Positions 27,533-35,897 of a stretch of DNA of 64,000 nucleotides are shown here, piece by piece. The position numbers and the translations under genes are program-made. Under the pieces are notes generated by a model. It saw nothing but the letters and a program-made list of their open reading frames with translations, was not told the origin of the DNA and did not search any database. Location of the stretch: positions 618,081 to 682,080 of the forward strand of contig WLWS01000002.1 of the NCBI GenBank assembly GCA_012103475.1, given 5' to 3'. This DNA comes from Gammaproteobacteria bacterium (GTDB lineage Bacteria > Pseudomonadota > Gammaproteobacteria > Eutrophobiales > Eutrophobiaceae). Numbering within the stretch: position 1 is the stretch's first letter; each line of letters begins with the position of its first letter.

Positions 27533-28285
27533 ATGCAGACTGAAGCACCAAATAAGAAAAAACGCAAGCACCGCACGAGTGTGGCTGCTGGTTTGTGGCT
27601 GATTAAGCGAATAGAAAAATTTCTAATGCGCTATTCCGAGTTTCAGGATCAACCCTTTCTCGACGTGCAGAAGTTTAAATGGCATGAGTCATTAGAAACG
27701 GACTGGAAAAAAATAAGACTGGAACTGGACAACATCCTCCAGCACCCGGAAACAATTCCAAACTTTCAGGATATTTCTAAAGATCAGACAAATCTGACTA
27801 AGGACAATCACTGGAAATCATTCTTTCTATTCGGTTATGGCTATAAGTTTGAGCCAAATTGCGAATTGTGTCCGGAAACGACAAAACTGGTTGAATCAAT
27901 ACCCGGAATGTTCACGGCTTTTTTTTCAATACTATCCCCAGGCAAACATATACCCAGACATCGGGGGCCGTACAAAGGTTTATTGCGTGGTCACCTGGGA
28001 CTCATTGTCCCCGAACCAAAAGAAGAATGCTGGATACAGGTGGGAGAGGAAAAGGCGAACTGGCAGGAAGGTAAGTGTTTGGTTTTTGATGACACCTATA
28101 AACATCAGGTCCAGAACAATACAAATGGAACGCGAGTTGTCTTGTTTCTTGATGTTCTCAGACCGCTTCGTTTCCCGGGATCTGTGGTCAACAAACTGAT
28201 CCTTCAATTAATCAGAATGTCACCTTTTATTCAGGATGCCAGACGAAATCAAATTGCCTGGGAGAAGCGACTAGGTGATGATTGA
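27533..28285 (+). CDS. Fe(II)/2-oxoglutarate aspartyl/asparaginyl beta-hydroxylase family protein (LpxO/OlsC-like lipid acyl hydroxylase)
   Basis: 250 aa. Motifs ILSPGKHIPRHRGPYKGLLRGHLGLIVP, W.EGKCLVFDDTYKH and TRVVLFLD. Last gene of the plus-strand lipid operon. Confidence 0.8.
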   Translation: MQTEAPNKKKRKHRTSVAAGLWLIKRIEKFLMRYSEFQDQPFLDVQKFKWHESLETDWKKIRLELDNILQHPETIPNFQDISKDQTNLTKDNHWKSFFLFGYGYKFEPNCELCPETTKLVESIPGMFTAFFSILSPGKHIPRHRGPYKGLLRGHLGLIVPEPKEECWIQVGEEKANWQEGKCLVFDDTYKHQVQNNTNGTRVVLFLDVLRPLRFPGSVVNKLILQLIRMSPFIQDARRNQIAWEKRLGDD

Positions 28286-28293
28286 TCTCGTAT

Positions 28294-28506
28294 TTATGGA
28301 ATGACCAGTTTCACGATTGTGAATATAGTGAGATGAAAAACAATCACTAGAAAAATCCCCATAAATATATACGGTTTTATTCCTTTTTTTTCGATGTATG
28401 CGTTATCACGCTCGAAGTTTCTTTTGTTTTGAACGCCTACGAAAGAGGCCAGCATGCTCCATAATATCTGTAAAGCATTCGGGTCTTTGCTATTTTCATT
28501 TTCCAT
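28294..28506 (-). CDS. Small membrane protein (DUF2970-like)
   Basis: 70 aa. FVGVQNKRNFERD followed by one TM helix. The family assignment is from memory only. Confidence 0.45.
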   Translation of the reverse strand: MENENSKDPNALQILWSMLASFVGVQNKRNFERDNAYIEKKGIKPYIFMGIFLVIVFHLTIFTIVKLVIP

Positions 28507-28597
28507 CTTTAAATATATATCGTCGGTAAAAGTACACTATCGATTATTCCTGATGTCTTGTAAAGCCTAACCAATATGTTTGTAAGTCTCCCATAAG

Positions 28598-28611
28598 TTG
28601 ATCGAAATCAT
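28598..28611. promoter_or_regulatory. FNR/Dnr-like box with one mismatch (TTGAT-CGAA-ATCAT) upstream of the cytochrome c' gene
   Basis: Read directly. The box centre is about 64 bp upstream of the ATG at 28669. Confidence 0.4.
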
Positions 28612-28668
28612 GTTTTTTTTAATTTATATACGTACTCTGATAATTCAATAACAAACCGGAAGCACAAG

Positions 28669-29118
28669 ATGTTTTCTCATTATGGGTTTTTGCGATTATT
28701 CTTTTACATATTATTGTTGGTTTTTTGCCTGAATACAGGCGCCGAAACCCAGCCTTCTGCAAAAAAAACTGTGATGCAATGGATGATGCAGGAAATCGTG
28801 CCACAAAGTACATTGCTGTGGGGTGCTGATAATCCTGAATCGGACGAAGAGTGGAGCCAGCTTTTGTCGGCGGCTGAAAAAATAATCAGGGCTGCGAAAG
28901 CCATGCAAAAAAATGCCTTGAGTGATCAAGGAACGGACTGGTCGAAGCAGTCCGACTGGCAAACTTATAACTCTGAAATGAAAGCAGCCGCAGATCACGC
29001 CAAAGAGGCAATTTTAGAGAAAAATCTGGACAAACTATTTAAAGCGGGAGATGACTTGTATCCTCCTTGTGAAGGCTGTCATTTGCAATTTAATCCTGCG
29101 GTTTCCGAGGATAGCTAG
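28669..29118 (+). CDS. Class II c-type cytochrome (cytochrome c'-like), periplasmic
   Basis: 149 aa. Signal peptide, a predicted four-helix-type sequence, and a single CEGCH haem site near the C-terminus, as in cytochromes c'/c556. Confidence 0.7.
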   Translation: MFSHYGFLRLFFYILLLVFCLNTGAETQPSAKKTVMQWMMQEIVPQSTLLWGADNPESDEEWSQLLSAAEKIIRAAKAMQKNALSDQGTDWSKQSDWQTYNSEMKAAADHAKEAILEKNLDKLFKAGDDLYPPCEGCHLQFNPAVSEDS

Positions 29119-29124
29119 ACAGGT

Positions 29125-30282
29125 TTAAGAGTTCAGTGTTTGCCTGGCAATTATTAATTTCTGTACTTCGGATGCACCTTCATAAATTCGCAGAGCGCGA
29201 ATTTCTCGATACAACTCCTCAACTTTCTCTCCTGATTTAACCCCGCGACCACCGAATAGCTGGACTGCCTGATCGATCACTTTTTGCGCAGCCTCTGTCG
29301 CATGTAGCTTGGCCATAGCAGCTTCTCTGGTTACGCGATCGGCTACGCAGTCTTTGGTCCAGGCGGCACGATAGATAAGCAGTGCGCTGGCATCTATAGC
29401 CAGAGCCATCTCGCCGAGTGAGGCTTGCGTCAATTGCAGGTCGGCCATCGGAGCACCGAATAAGTGACGTTGCTTGACTTGTTTCAATGTCTCGTCAAGC
29501 GCCCGTCTCGCAAAACCTAAGGCAGCGGCCCCAACTGTAGAGCGGAAAATATCCAGTGTAGACATCGCTATCTTGAAACCGTCTCCCCGATTACCCAATA
29601 AACTCAGGTCGCTGACTTTGCAATCACTAAACTCAATTGTCGCCAAAGGGTGGGGCGCTATGACATCTATACGTTCCTTGATACTAAGACCCGGATTATC
29701 GGCGTCTACTACAAAGGCACTGAGTCCTTTGGCACCAGATGCCTCACCCGTACGCGCGAAAACAATATAAAAATCTGCGATGCCTCCGTTGGATATCCAG
29801 GTTTTTTCACCGTTGAGAACGTAAGTGTCCTTGTCCTTAGTGGCATTTGTAGTCAGCGCTGCTACATCTGACCCAGCATCCGGTTCAGATAAGGCGAAGG
29901 CGGCAATCTTTCGACCTTGTCGAACATCGTCAAGATAGTTGTCTTTTAGCAAAGCTGATCCAAATAGTGTAATTGGCCCACTGCCAAGGCCTTGCATGGC
30001 AAAAGAAAAATCTGCCAGTCCTGAATAATAGGCGAGCGTTTCACGAATGATACAGAGTGCGCGCACATCAAATGCCTGACCATTTTCGGAATGTCGCTCA
30101 GGTGAACAGTATTGGAGAAAACTTGTCTTTGCCAAAGCTGACACGAGTTGTCTACAGCTTTCATCAACATTGTTATGTTGAAACTCAGCACAATGAGTTT
30201 CCGCCCAAAGTGAAACCTCTTCAGAGAGAGACCTATGTTGCTCTGAAAAGAAAGGCCAGCTTAAAAAAGTTTTATCGTTCAT
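29125..30282 (-). CDS. Acyl-CoA dehydrogenase
   Basis: 385 aa. Typical ACAD pattern ([21 protein letters not shown]). Confidence 0.9.
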   Translation of the reverse strand: MNDKTFLSWPFFSEQHRSLSEEVSLWAETHCAEFQHNNVDESCRQLVSALAKTSFLQYCSPERHSENGQAFDVRALCIIRETLAYYSGLADFSFAMQGLGSGPITLFGSALLKDNYLDDVRQGRKIAAFALSEPDAGSDVAALTTNATKDKDTYVLNGEKTWISNGGIADFYIVFARTGEASGAKGLSAFVVDADNPGLSIKERIDVIAPHPLATIEFSDCKVSDLSLLGNRGDGFKIAMSTLDIFRSTVGAAALGFARRALDETLKQVKQRHLFGAPMADLQLTQASLGEMALAIDASALLIYRAAWTKDCVADRVTREAAMAKLHATEAAQKVIDQAVQLFGGRGVKSGEKVEELYREIRALRIYEGASEVQKLIIARQTLNS

Positions 30283-31091
30283 TAGTCACCTTTGAACTTC
30301 GGTTTCTCTTTGCTAACGAAAGCCTGATAGGCTAGTTTAAAGTCTTCGGTCTGCATGCATATGGCCTGAGCCTGAGCTTCCGATTCGATAGCCTGTTCAA
30401 TCGACATGTCCCATTCCTGTCGCAGCATGGTTTTTGTCATTGAATGGGCGAAAGTGGGGCCGGTGGCAAGCCTGTTGGCACATTCCATCGCTTCTTTCAG
30501 CAAGTCATCGACTGCGCAAAGCTTATTATAGAAACCCCACTTCAGGCCTTCATCTGCGCTCATACTCCTGCCTGTGAAGAGTAAGTCTGCAGCACGCCCC
30601 TGACCGATAATGCGAGGTAAGATTGCGCAGGCACCCATGTCGCATCCAGCAAGACCAACGCGGGTAAACAGAAAAGCCGTTTTGGCATTTTCTGTCGCAT
30701 AACGCATATCGCTGGCCATCGCGATAATGGCTCCGGCACCGACACATACACCATCAATTGCTGAGATGACAACTTGTGGTGCATTGATCATTGCTTTCAC
30801 AAGATCGCCTGTCATTCGGGTAAACTCAAGGAGTCCTTTCATGTCTTTTTTGGTTAGCGCTCCGATAATTTCATGAACATCACCGCCGGAGCAGAAGTTA
30901 CCTCCTTCACCACTGAAAATGACAGCATTGACATCTTCTGCATAAACCAGATTTCTGAATAGATCCCTGAGTTCAGCATAAGAATCAAAAGTCAGCGGAT
31001 TTTTTCTTTCAGGTCGGTTAAGAGTGATGAGTGCAACCTTATTTTCACATTGCCAGTTAAAATGCTGAGCAGAATAGTCTTGAAATTTCAT
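30282..31091 (-). CDS. Enoyl-CoA hydratase/isomerase (crotonase) family protein
   Basis: 269 aa. Motifs FCSGGDV and GVCVGAGA. Start-stop overlaps with both neighbouring genes. Confidence 0.9.
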   Translation of the reverse strand: MKFQDYSAQHFNWQCENKVALITLNRPERKNPLTFDSYAELRDLFRNLVYAEDVNAVIFSGEGGNFCSGGDVHEIIGALTKKDMKGLLEFTRMTGDLVKAMINAPQVVISAIDGVCVGAGAIIAMASDMRYATENAKTAFLFTRVGLAGCDMGACAILPRIIGQGRAADLLFTGRSMSADEGLKWGFYNKLCAVDDLLKEAMECANRLATGPTFAHSMTKTMLRQEWDMSIEQAIESEAQAQAICMQTEDFKLAYQAFVSKEKPKFKGD

Positions 31092-31567
31092 TGTTTGAGA
31101 TTCTCGATAGTCATTTTCATTTGTTCGCCTGCCTCACTTAATAACTCTGTGAGTTCCTGCATATTTGTAGTGCCAATTCCTTCAAAAATTTCGCGCACCC
31201 AGTTTTCATGAGCTTCAGCCATCAACCTGAACTCTTTTCCACCTTTTTTGCTCAGGGATATTAACTGTACTCGTCGATCATCTGGCGCTGCCAGACGTTC
31301 AACCAATCCATCACGAACTAAACGATCAACCACACCGGTAATGTTGCCATTGGAGACCATTAAGTGATTTGACAGCTCAGACATAGTCAGAGGTGATTTC
31401 ATATAGTCTAGTTTGGCCAGCACATCAAACTGGGGCAGGGTAATGGAATAGTGCACACGCAATCTGGCCCGTAAAAGCTGCTCAACCATCGATTCGCAAT
31501 TGAGCAATCTGAGCCACATTCGTAGAGCATCTTTTCCCTTTGTATCTGACTGTTTTTTCGAGGACAT
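31088..31567 (-). CDS. MarR-family transcriptional regulator
   Basis: Winged HTH ([30 protein letters not shown]...DDRR). I prefer the ATG at 31567 (MSSKKQ) to the GTG at 31594, which would overlap the upstream SDR gene. Confidence 0.8.
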   Translation of the reverse strand: MSSKKQSDTKGKDALRMWLRLLNCESMVEQLLRARLRVHYSITLPQFDVLAKLDYMKSPLTMSELSNHLMVSNGNITGVVDRLVRDGLVERLAAPDDRRVQLISLSKKGGKEFRLMAEAHENWVREIFEGIGTTNMQELTELLSEAGEQMKMTIENLKQ

Positions 31568-31574
31568 AACTGGC

Positions 31575-32351
31575 TCAGGCCTGTGAGCCGCCACCGGTTA
31601 TTGGTACAGACTGCCCGTTGACTCCCTCACTGCCGGGCAGGCACAACCAGGCCACACTGGCCGCAACTTCTTCAGGCTCAATAAAACGATTTTGTGGATT
31701 ACTACTTTTCAATTGTGTTTCAGCTTCTGCCTGGGAAAGACCGGTTTTTGCCATGATGTTATTAAGCGCTCCATCCAGAAGCTCGGTATTTGTGTAGCCA
31801 GGGCAAAGTGCATTTACCGTTATACCCTTGGTTGCCAATTCCATTGCCAGAGCTCGCGTTAGGCCAATGACACCATGCTTCGCGGCACAATAGGCAGAGA
31901 TATATGCTGCTCCTGATAGACCTGCGATACTGGCAATGTTGACGATGCGGCCCCAGTTATTGTCACGCATGGCCGGTGTTACTTCCCGGCAACAGTAAAA
32001 AGTACCGCTTAAATTTACATCCAGCATGTATTGCCAGTCTTTTGTATCGGTTCTATGAAGCGGGACACTCAGTGCCGCACCGGCGTTATTGATAAGAATG
32101 TCAACGGGACCCAGCTGTTTAGTAGCCATACTGAAAGCCTGAATAACAGAATCTTCCGAGGTAACATCAACTTGTTGTGCCTGGGCCCTATTCAGGGTTT
32201 TTACCTTTAAATCCAAGGTTTCCTGAGTACGACCCATTAAAGTAATGCTGGCACCTTCGGCATCGAGTCTATCTGCAATCGCCGCTCCAATCCCCTTCGC
32301 AGCGCCTGTGATCACCGCGTGACATCCTTCAAGATTATGATTTTTATACAT
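31575..32351 (-). CDS. Short-chain dehydrogenase/reductase (3-hydroxyacyl-CoA dehydrogenase-like)
   Basis: 258 aa. TGAAKGIG, NNAG and YCAAK (YxxxK). Confidence 0.85.
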   Translation of the reverse strand: MYKNHNLEGCHAVITGAAKGIGAAIADRLDAEGASITLMGRTQETLDLKVKTLNRAQAQQVDVTSEDSVIQAFSMATKQLGPVDILINNAGAALSVPLHRTDTKDWQYMLDVNLSGTFYCCREVTPAMRDNNWGRIVNIASIAGLSGAAYISAYCAAKHGVIGLTRALAMELATKGITVNALCPGYTNTELLDGALNNIMAKTGLSQAEAETQLKSSNPQNRFIEPEEVAASVAWLCLPGSEGVNGQSVPITGGGSQA

Positions 32352-32505
32352 TATTCTTATTAGGTATTTTTCGTAGAGTGCTTCAAAAGATATTTCCTCA
32401 ATTTATTTTATCAGTAAATATTTTAATGTTAAAATAGTTTTCAGCGACATTGAGCACTGTCGATTTCTTTATTGTAAATTCAAGCTGAATAATAACGGAA
32501 ACCTA

Positions 32506-34887
32506 ATGAGTAATTTAAAGATTGTTTGTCTGGGCGGAGGACCTGCATCGCTTTATTTCGCTATTTTAATGAAAAAACAAAACCCGGAACATCAGATTAC
32601 GGTTTATGAACGCGGACCACGGGATGCCACCTGGGGTTTTGGAGTCGTGTTTTCCGACGATACTTTACATGGTTTTATGGAAGCCGACGCCGTTAGCTAT
32701 AAGAGAATCGTTGAGCAGTTCGCTTACTGGGACACGATAGATACTTTTATACACGATAAAAAAGTAAGTAATTCAGGTCATGGATTCTGTGGAATGTCGA
32801 GATTGAAACTCTTGAATACTCTCCATGATCGATGTGACGAACTTGGTGTGGATTTACGCTTTGAGTCAGACATTAGTGATTTGGGGCAACTGGAGATTGA
32901 CTCTCAGGATCTGGTCATTGCAGGCGACGGCGTGATGTCGATGCTCAGAGAAGAATTTAAAGAGGATTTTGGTACCACGATTGATGTTCGCCCAAATCAT
33001 TTTTGCTGGCTGGCCACCACACTGCCTCTTGATTCTTTCGTGTTTATTTTCAAGGAAAACGAACACGGCTGGTGGTGGGTACACGGCTATGCCTATGAGG
33101 AGGGAATGGCCACCTGGATTGTTGAATGCAGCCATCAGACCTGGCTGAATGCGGGCATGGACAAAGCCAGTGAAGCCGACACCGAATCGCTGGTCGCTGA
33201 ATTATTTAAAGACGAACTGAAAGGACATAAACTGATTACCAATCGCTCCGTTTGGCGAGAATTTCCGGTAGTTCGAAACGAAAGTCTGATACACAAAAAC
33301 ATCGTACTCCTGGGCGACGCTGGTCGATCAGCTCATTTTTCCATCGGTTCCGGAACTAAGCTGGCTATGGAAGACGCGATTAAGCTGAGCGAGTGTTTTT
33401 CAAATGAGCAGCAAGTATCAGAAGCGCTGCAAGATTATCAGAACCTGCGTAAGCCCGAAGCAGACAGACTGCAAAGAACAGCAGTGACCAGCCTGAGCTG
33501 GTTTGAAAACGTCGACAGATATGCCCGACAGGATCCGGAGCAATTCACTTTTAATATGATGGCACGAGCCAAACGCATCACTTATGAGAATTTACGCCTA
33601 CGCGATCCGGAATATGTCCGTACGCTTGATCAATGGTTCGCAAGCAACGCTCGAAAAACGACCGCTTATGATGATATTAAGATCGATGACGCTGTCGTGC
33701 CGATGTTTCAGCCGTTTAAAATCGGCAATATGCGTGTAGAGAACAGGGTGTCCCTTTCAGCTATGTGCCAATACAGTGCCGAAGACGGTATGACAAACGA
33801 CTGGCATCTTGTTCATTATGGTGCGAGGGGAATCGGAGGCGCTGGATTGATCAATACTGAAATGCTTTGTACTTCGCCTGAGGCACGTATTACACCGGGA
33901 TGTGCGGGTTTGTGGAATCAGCAGCAAACTGAAAAATGGAAACAGATAGTCGACTTCATTCACACGAATAGCCAAGCTAAAGTCTGCGCACAAATCGGCC
34001 ACGCCGGTCGCAAGGGCGCCACCTGTATTCCCTGGATCGGAGGCATTGATCAACCTTTGCACGAAAATGACTGGAAGATTTATTCCGCTTCTTCTATCCC
34101 TTATCTGGAAAACAGTCAGGTTCCTCAGGAAATGACCGAAGCTGATATGGACAGAGTCTGTTTCGAGTTTGAAAACACCGCTAAAAATGCCAATGCTGCG
34201 GGTTTTGACATGCTTGAACTACACATGGCGCACGGCTATTTGCTTTCCTCTTTCATAAGCCCCTGTACGAATAGACGCAGCGACGAATATGGTGGAAACA
34301 TCGGTAAACGAATGAAATTTCCCTTGGCCGTATTGTCACAGATAAAAAAAGTCTGGCCGGCTGATAAACCAATCTCAGTCAGAATTTCTGCAACGGACTG
34401 GATAAAGGGAGGTCTTGCTGAATGTGACATGCTGGCTATGTGCGAATTGTTGAAACAAAACGGGGTGGACGTTATTAATGTTTCAACCGGACAGGTAGTG
34501 AAAGAAGAAGATCCTATGTACGGAAGGATGTTTCAGGCGCCTTTTGCCGATCAGATACGCAATGAGGTCGGAATTCCAACAATAGTCGCCGGAAATATTT
34601 CGACTGCCGATCAAGTCAATACTCTGGTAGCGGCGGGTCGCACGGACATTGTCGCTCTGGCCCGGCCGATCATGAACGATCCCCATTTCGTACTGAACGC
34701 TGCAGCTCATTACCAGCACACCAATGAGAAATGGCCAGCACAATATATACCCGGGAAATTTGCAGCTGAAGCAAAAGCTGTAAAAGAAAATGAAGAAGAA
34801 CTGGAGCTTAGACTGAATGCAAAACCACCGAATCCGGTTGACTCACTGGCCATCGCAATGGCAAAAGGAGATTTACTTTCCGACTGA
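32506..34887 (+). CDS. Fusion of an FAD aromatic monooxygenase and an Old-Yellow-Enzyme-type reductase (2-aminobenzoyl-CoA monooxygenase/reductase or salicylyl-CoA 5-hydroxylase type)
   Basis: 793 aa. N-terminal GGGPAS dinucleotide fold with GDAGRSAHFSIGSG, and a C-terminal OYE barrel (HMAHGYLLSSFISP, ARPIMNDPHF). Confidence 0.85.
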   Translation: MSNLKIVCLGGGPASLYFAILMKKQNPEHQITVYERGPRDATWGFGVVFSDDTLHGFMEADAVSYKRIVEQFAYWDTIDTFIHDKKVSNSGHGFCGMSRLKLLNTLHDRCDELGVDLRFESDISDLGQLEIDSQDLVIAGDGVMSMLREEFKEDFGTTIDVRPNHFCWLATTLPLDSFVFIFKENEHGWWWVHGYAYEEGMATWIVECSHQTWLNAGMDKASEADTESLVAELFKDELKGHKLITNRSVWREFPVVRNESLIHKNIVLLGDAGRSAHFSIGSGTKLAMEDAIKLSECFSNEQQVSEALQDYQNLRKPEADRLQRTAVTSLSWFENVDRYARQDPEQFTFNMMARAKRITYENLRLRDPEYVRTLDQWFASNARKTTAYDDIKIDDAVVPMFQPFKIGNMRVENRVSLSAMCQYSAEDGMTNDWHLVHYGARGIGGAGLINTEMLCTSPEARITPGCAGLWNQQQTEKWKQIVDFIHTNSQAKVCAQIGHAGRKGATCIPWIGGIDQPLHENDWKIYSASSIPYLENSQVPQEMTEADMDRVCFEFENTAKNANAAGFDMLELHMAHGYLLSSFISPCTNRRSDEYGGNIGKRMKFPLAVLSQIKKVWPADKPISVRISATDWIKGGLAECDMLAMCELLKQNGVDVINVSTGQVVKEEDPMYGRMFQAPFADQIRNEVGIPTIVAGNISTADQVNTLVAAGRTDIVALARPIMNDPHFVLNAAAHYQHTNEKWPAQYIPGKFAAEAKAVKENEEELELRLNAKPPNPVDSLAIAMAKGDLLSD

Positions 34888-34901
34888 ATAGTTGAGTTGC
34901 T

Positions 34902-35861
34902 ATGACAACATCATTGCTATGCGCTTCACATTCGCCTTTGCTCTTCTGCTATGCAAAGCCTCCTGCGGAACTTGATCAGCTGAATCAGGTTTTCGCAGAA
35001 CGAGCTGAAGCGATAAAATCTTTTGACCCTGAATTAGTTCTTGCTTTTGGTTCTGATCATTACAATGGTTTTTTTCTCAAGACCATGCCTGCTTTTTGCG
35101 TCGGTTTAAAAGCGCAAACTGAAAATGATATTGGTGGCTTCAGCGGGGATTTAAACGTTCCTGCAGATATTGCTTTGCAATGCATCGAACATCTCCGAAA
35201 TCACGATGTCGATCCGGCAGTATCCTATGAAATGCTCGTCGATCATGCTTTTTCCCAGACCATTCAACTGGCACTGGGTGGTCTGGATAAATTTCCAGTA
35301 ATTCCGGTATTTATCAGCTGTCTTTCTGCTCCATTCGTTCCCTTTAGACGTTCCCGCAAACTCGGTGAAGCAATTGGAGAGTTTATTTCCAGCTTTGATA
35401 AAAGAGTTTTACTGTTGGCCTCTGGCGGTATGTCGCATCACCCTGCACGTTACTATCCTGGACACGGTGAAGGGGAGGAGGACGTTGAACGCTGGAAATT
35501 GTCTGGAGACACAGATTCTCAATCTATGTCACGTACTGATTGGCTGACACGTTTACACGACATGCATCACGAGGGGGCAGAAATGATTGCCAGAGGCCTA
35601 CGAACTGCAAAGGACATGCGCCTGAACGCAGAATCCGATCGACGGTTTCTGGATATTCTGTGTAATAATAATCTTGAAGAATTTGATGACTGGAACCTTG
35701 ATGTTCTGGTTGAAGAAGCCGGCATTGGTTCATTGGAGTTACACACCTGGATTGCCGCCGTCGCCGCTCATCGGGCAGCGGGTGGAGATATGCCAACAGA
35801 AGGTATCTATACACTTGCACCGGAAATTGGCATCGCTGCCGGCATTGTTCACGCCGACTAA
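34902..35861 (+). CDS. Class III extradiol ring-cleavage dioxygenase (LigB/MhpB family)
   Basis: 319 aa. Motifs ASHSPL, GSDHYNGFF, VDHAF and GGMSHH, which are typical of LigB-type enzymes. Confidence 0.75.
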   Translation: MTTSLLCASHSPLLFCYAKPPAELDQLNQVFAERAEAIKSFDPELVLAFGSDHYNGFFLKTMPAFCVGLKAQTENDIGGFSGDLNVPADIALQCIEHLRNHDVDPAVSYEMLVDHAFSQTIQLALGGLDKFPVIPVFISCLSAPFVPFRRSRKLGEAIGEFISSFDKRVLLLASGGMSHHPARYYPGHGEGEEDVERWKLSGDTDSQSMSRTDWLTRLHDMHHEGAEMIARGLRTAKDMRLNAESDRRFLDILCNNNLEEFDDWNLDVLVEEAGIGSLELHTWIAAVAAHRAAGGDMPTEGIYTLAPEIGIAAGIVHAD

Positions 35862-35897
35862 TTCAGTCGCGGCATTAAAATAAAAGGAAGCAGATCT

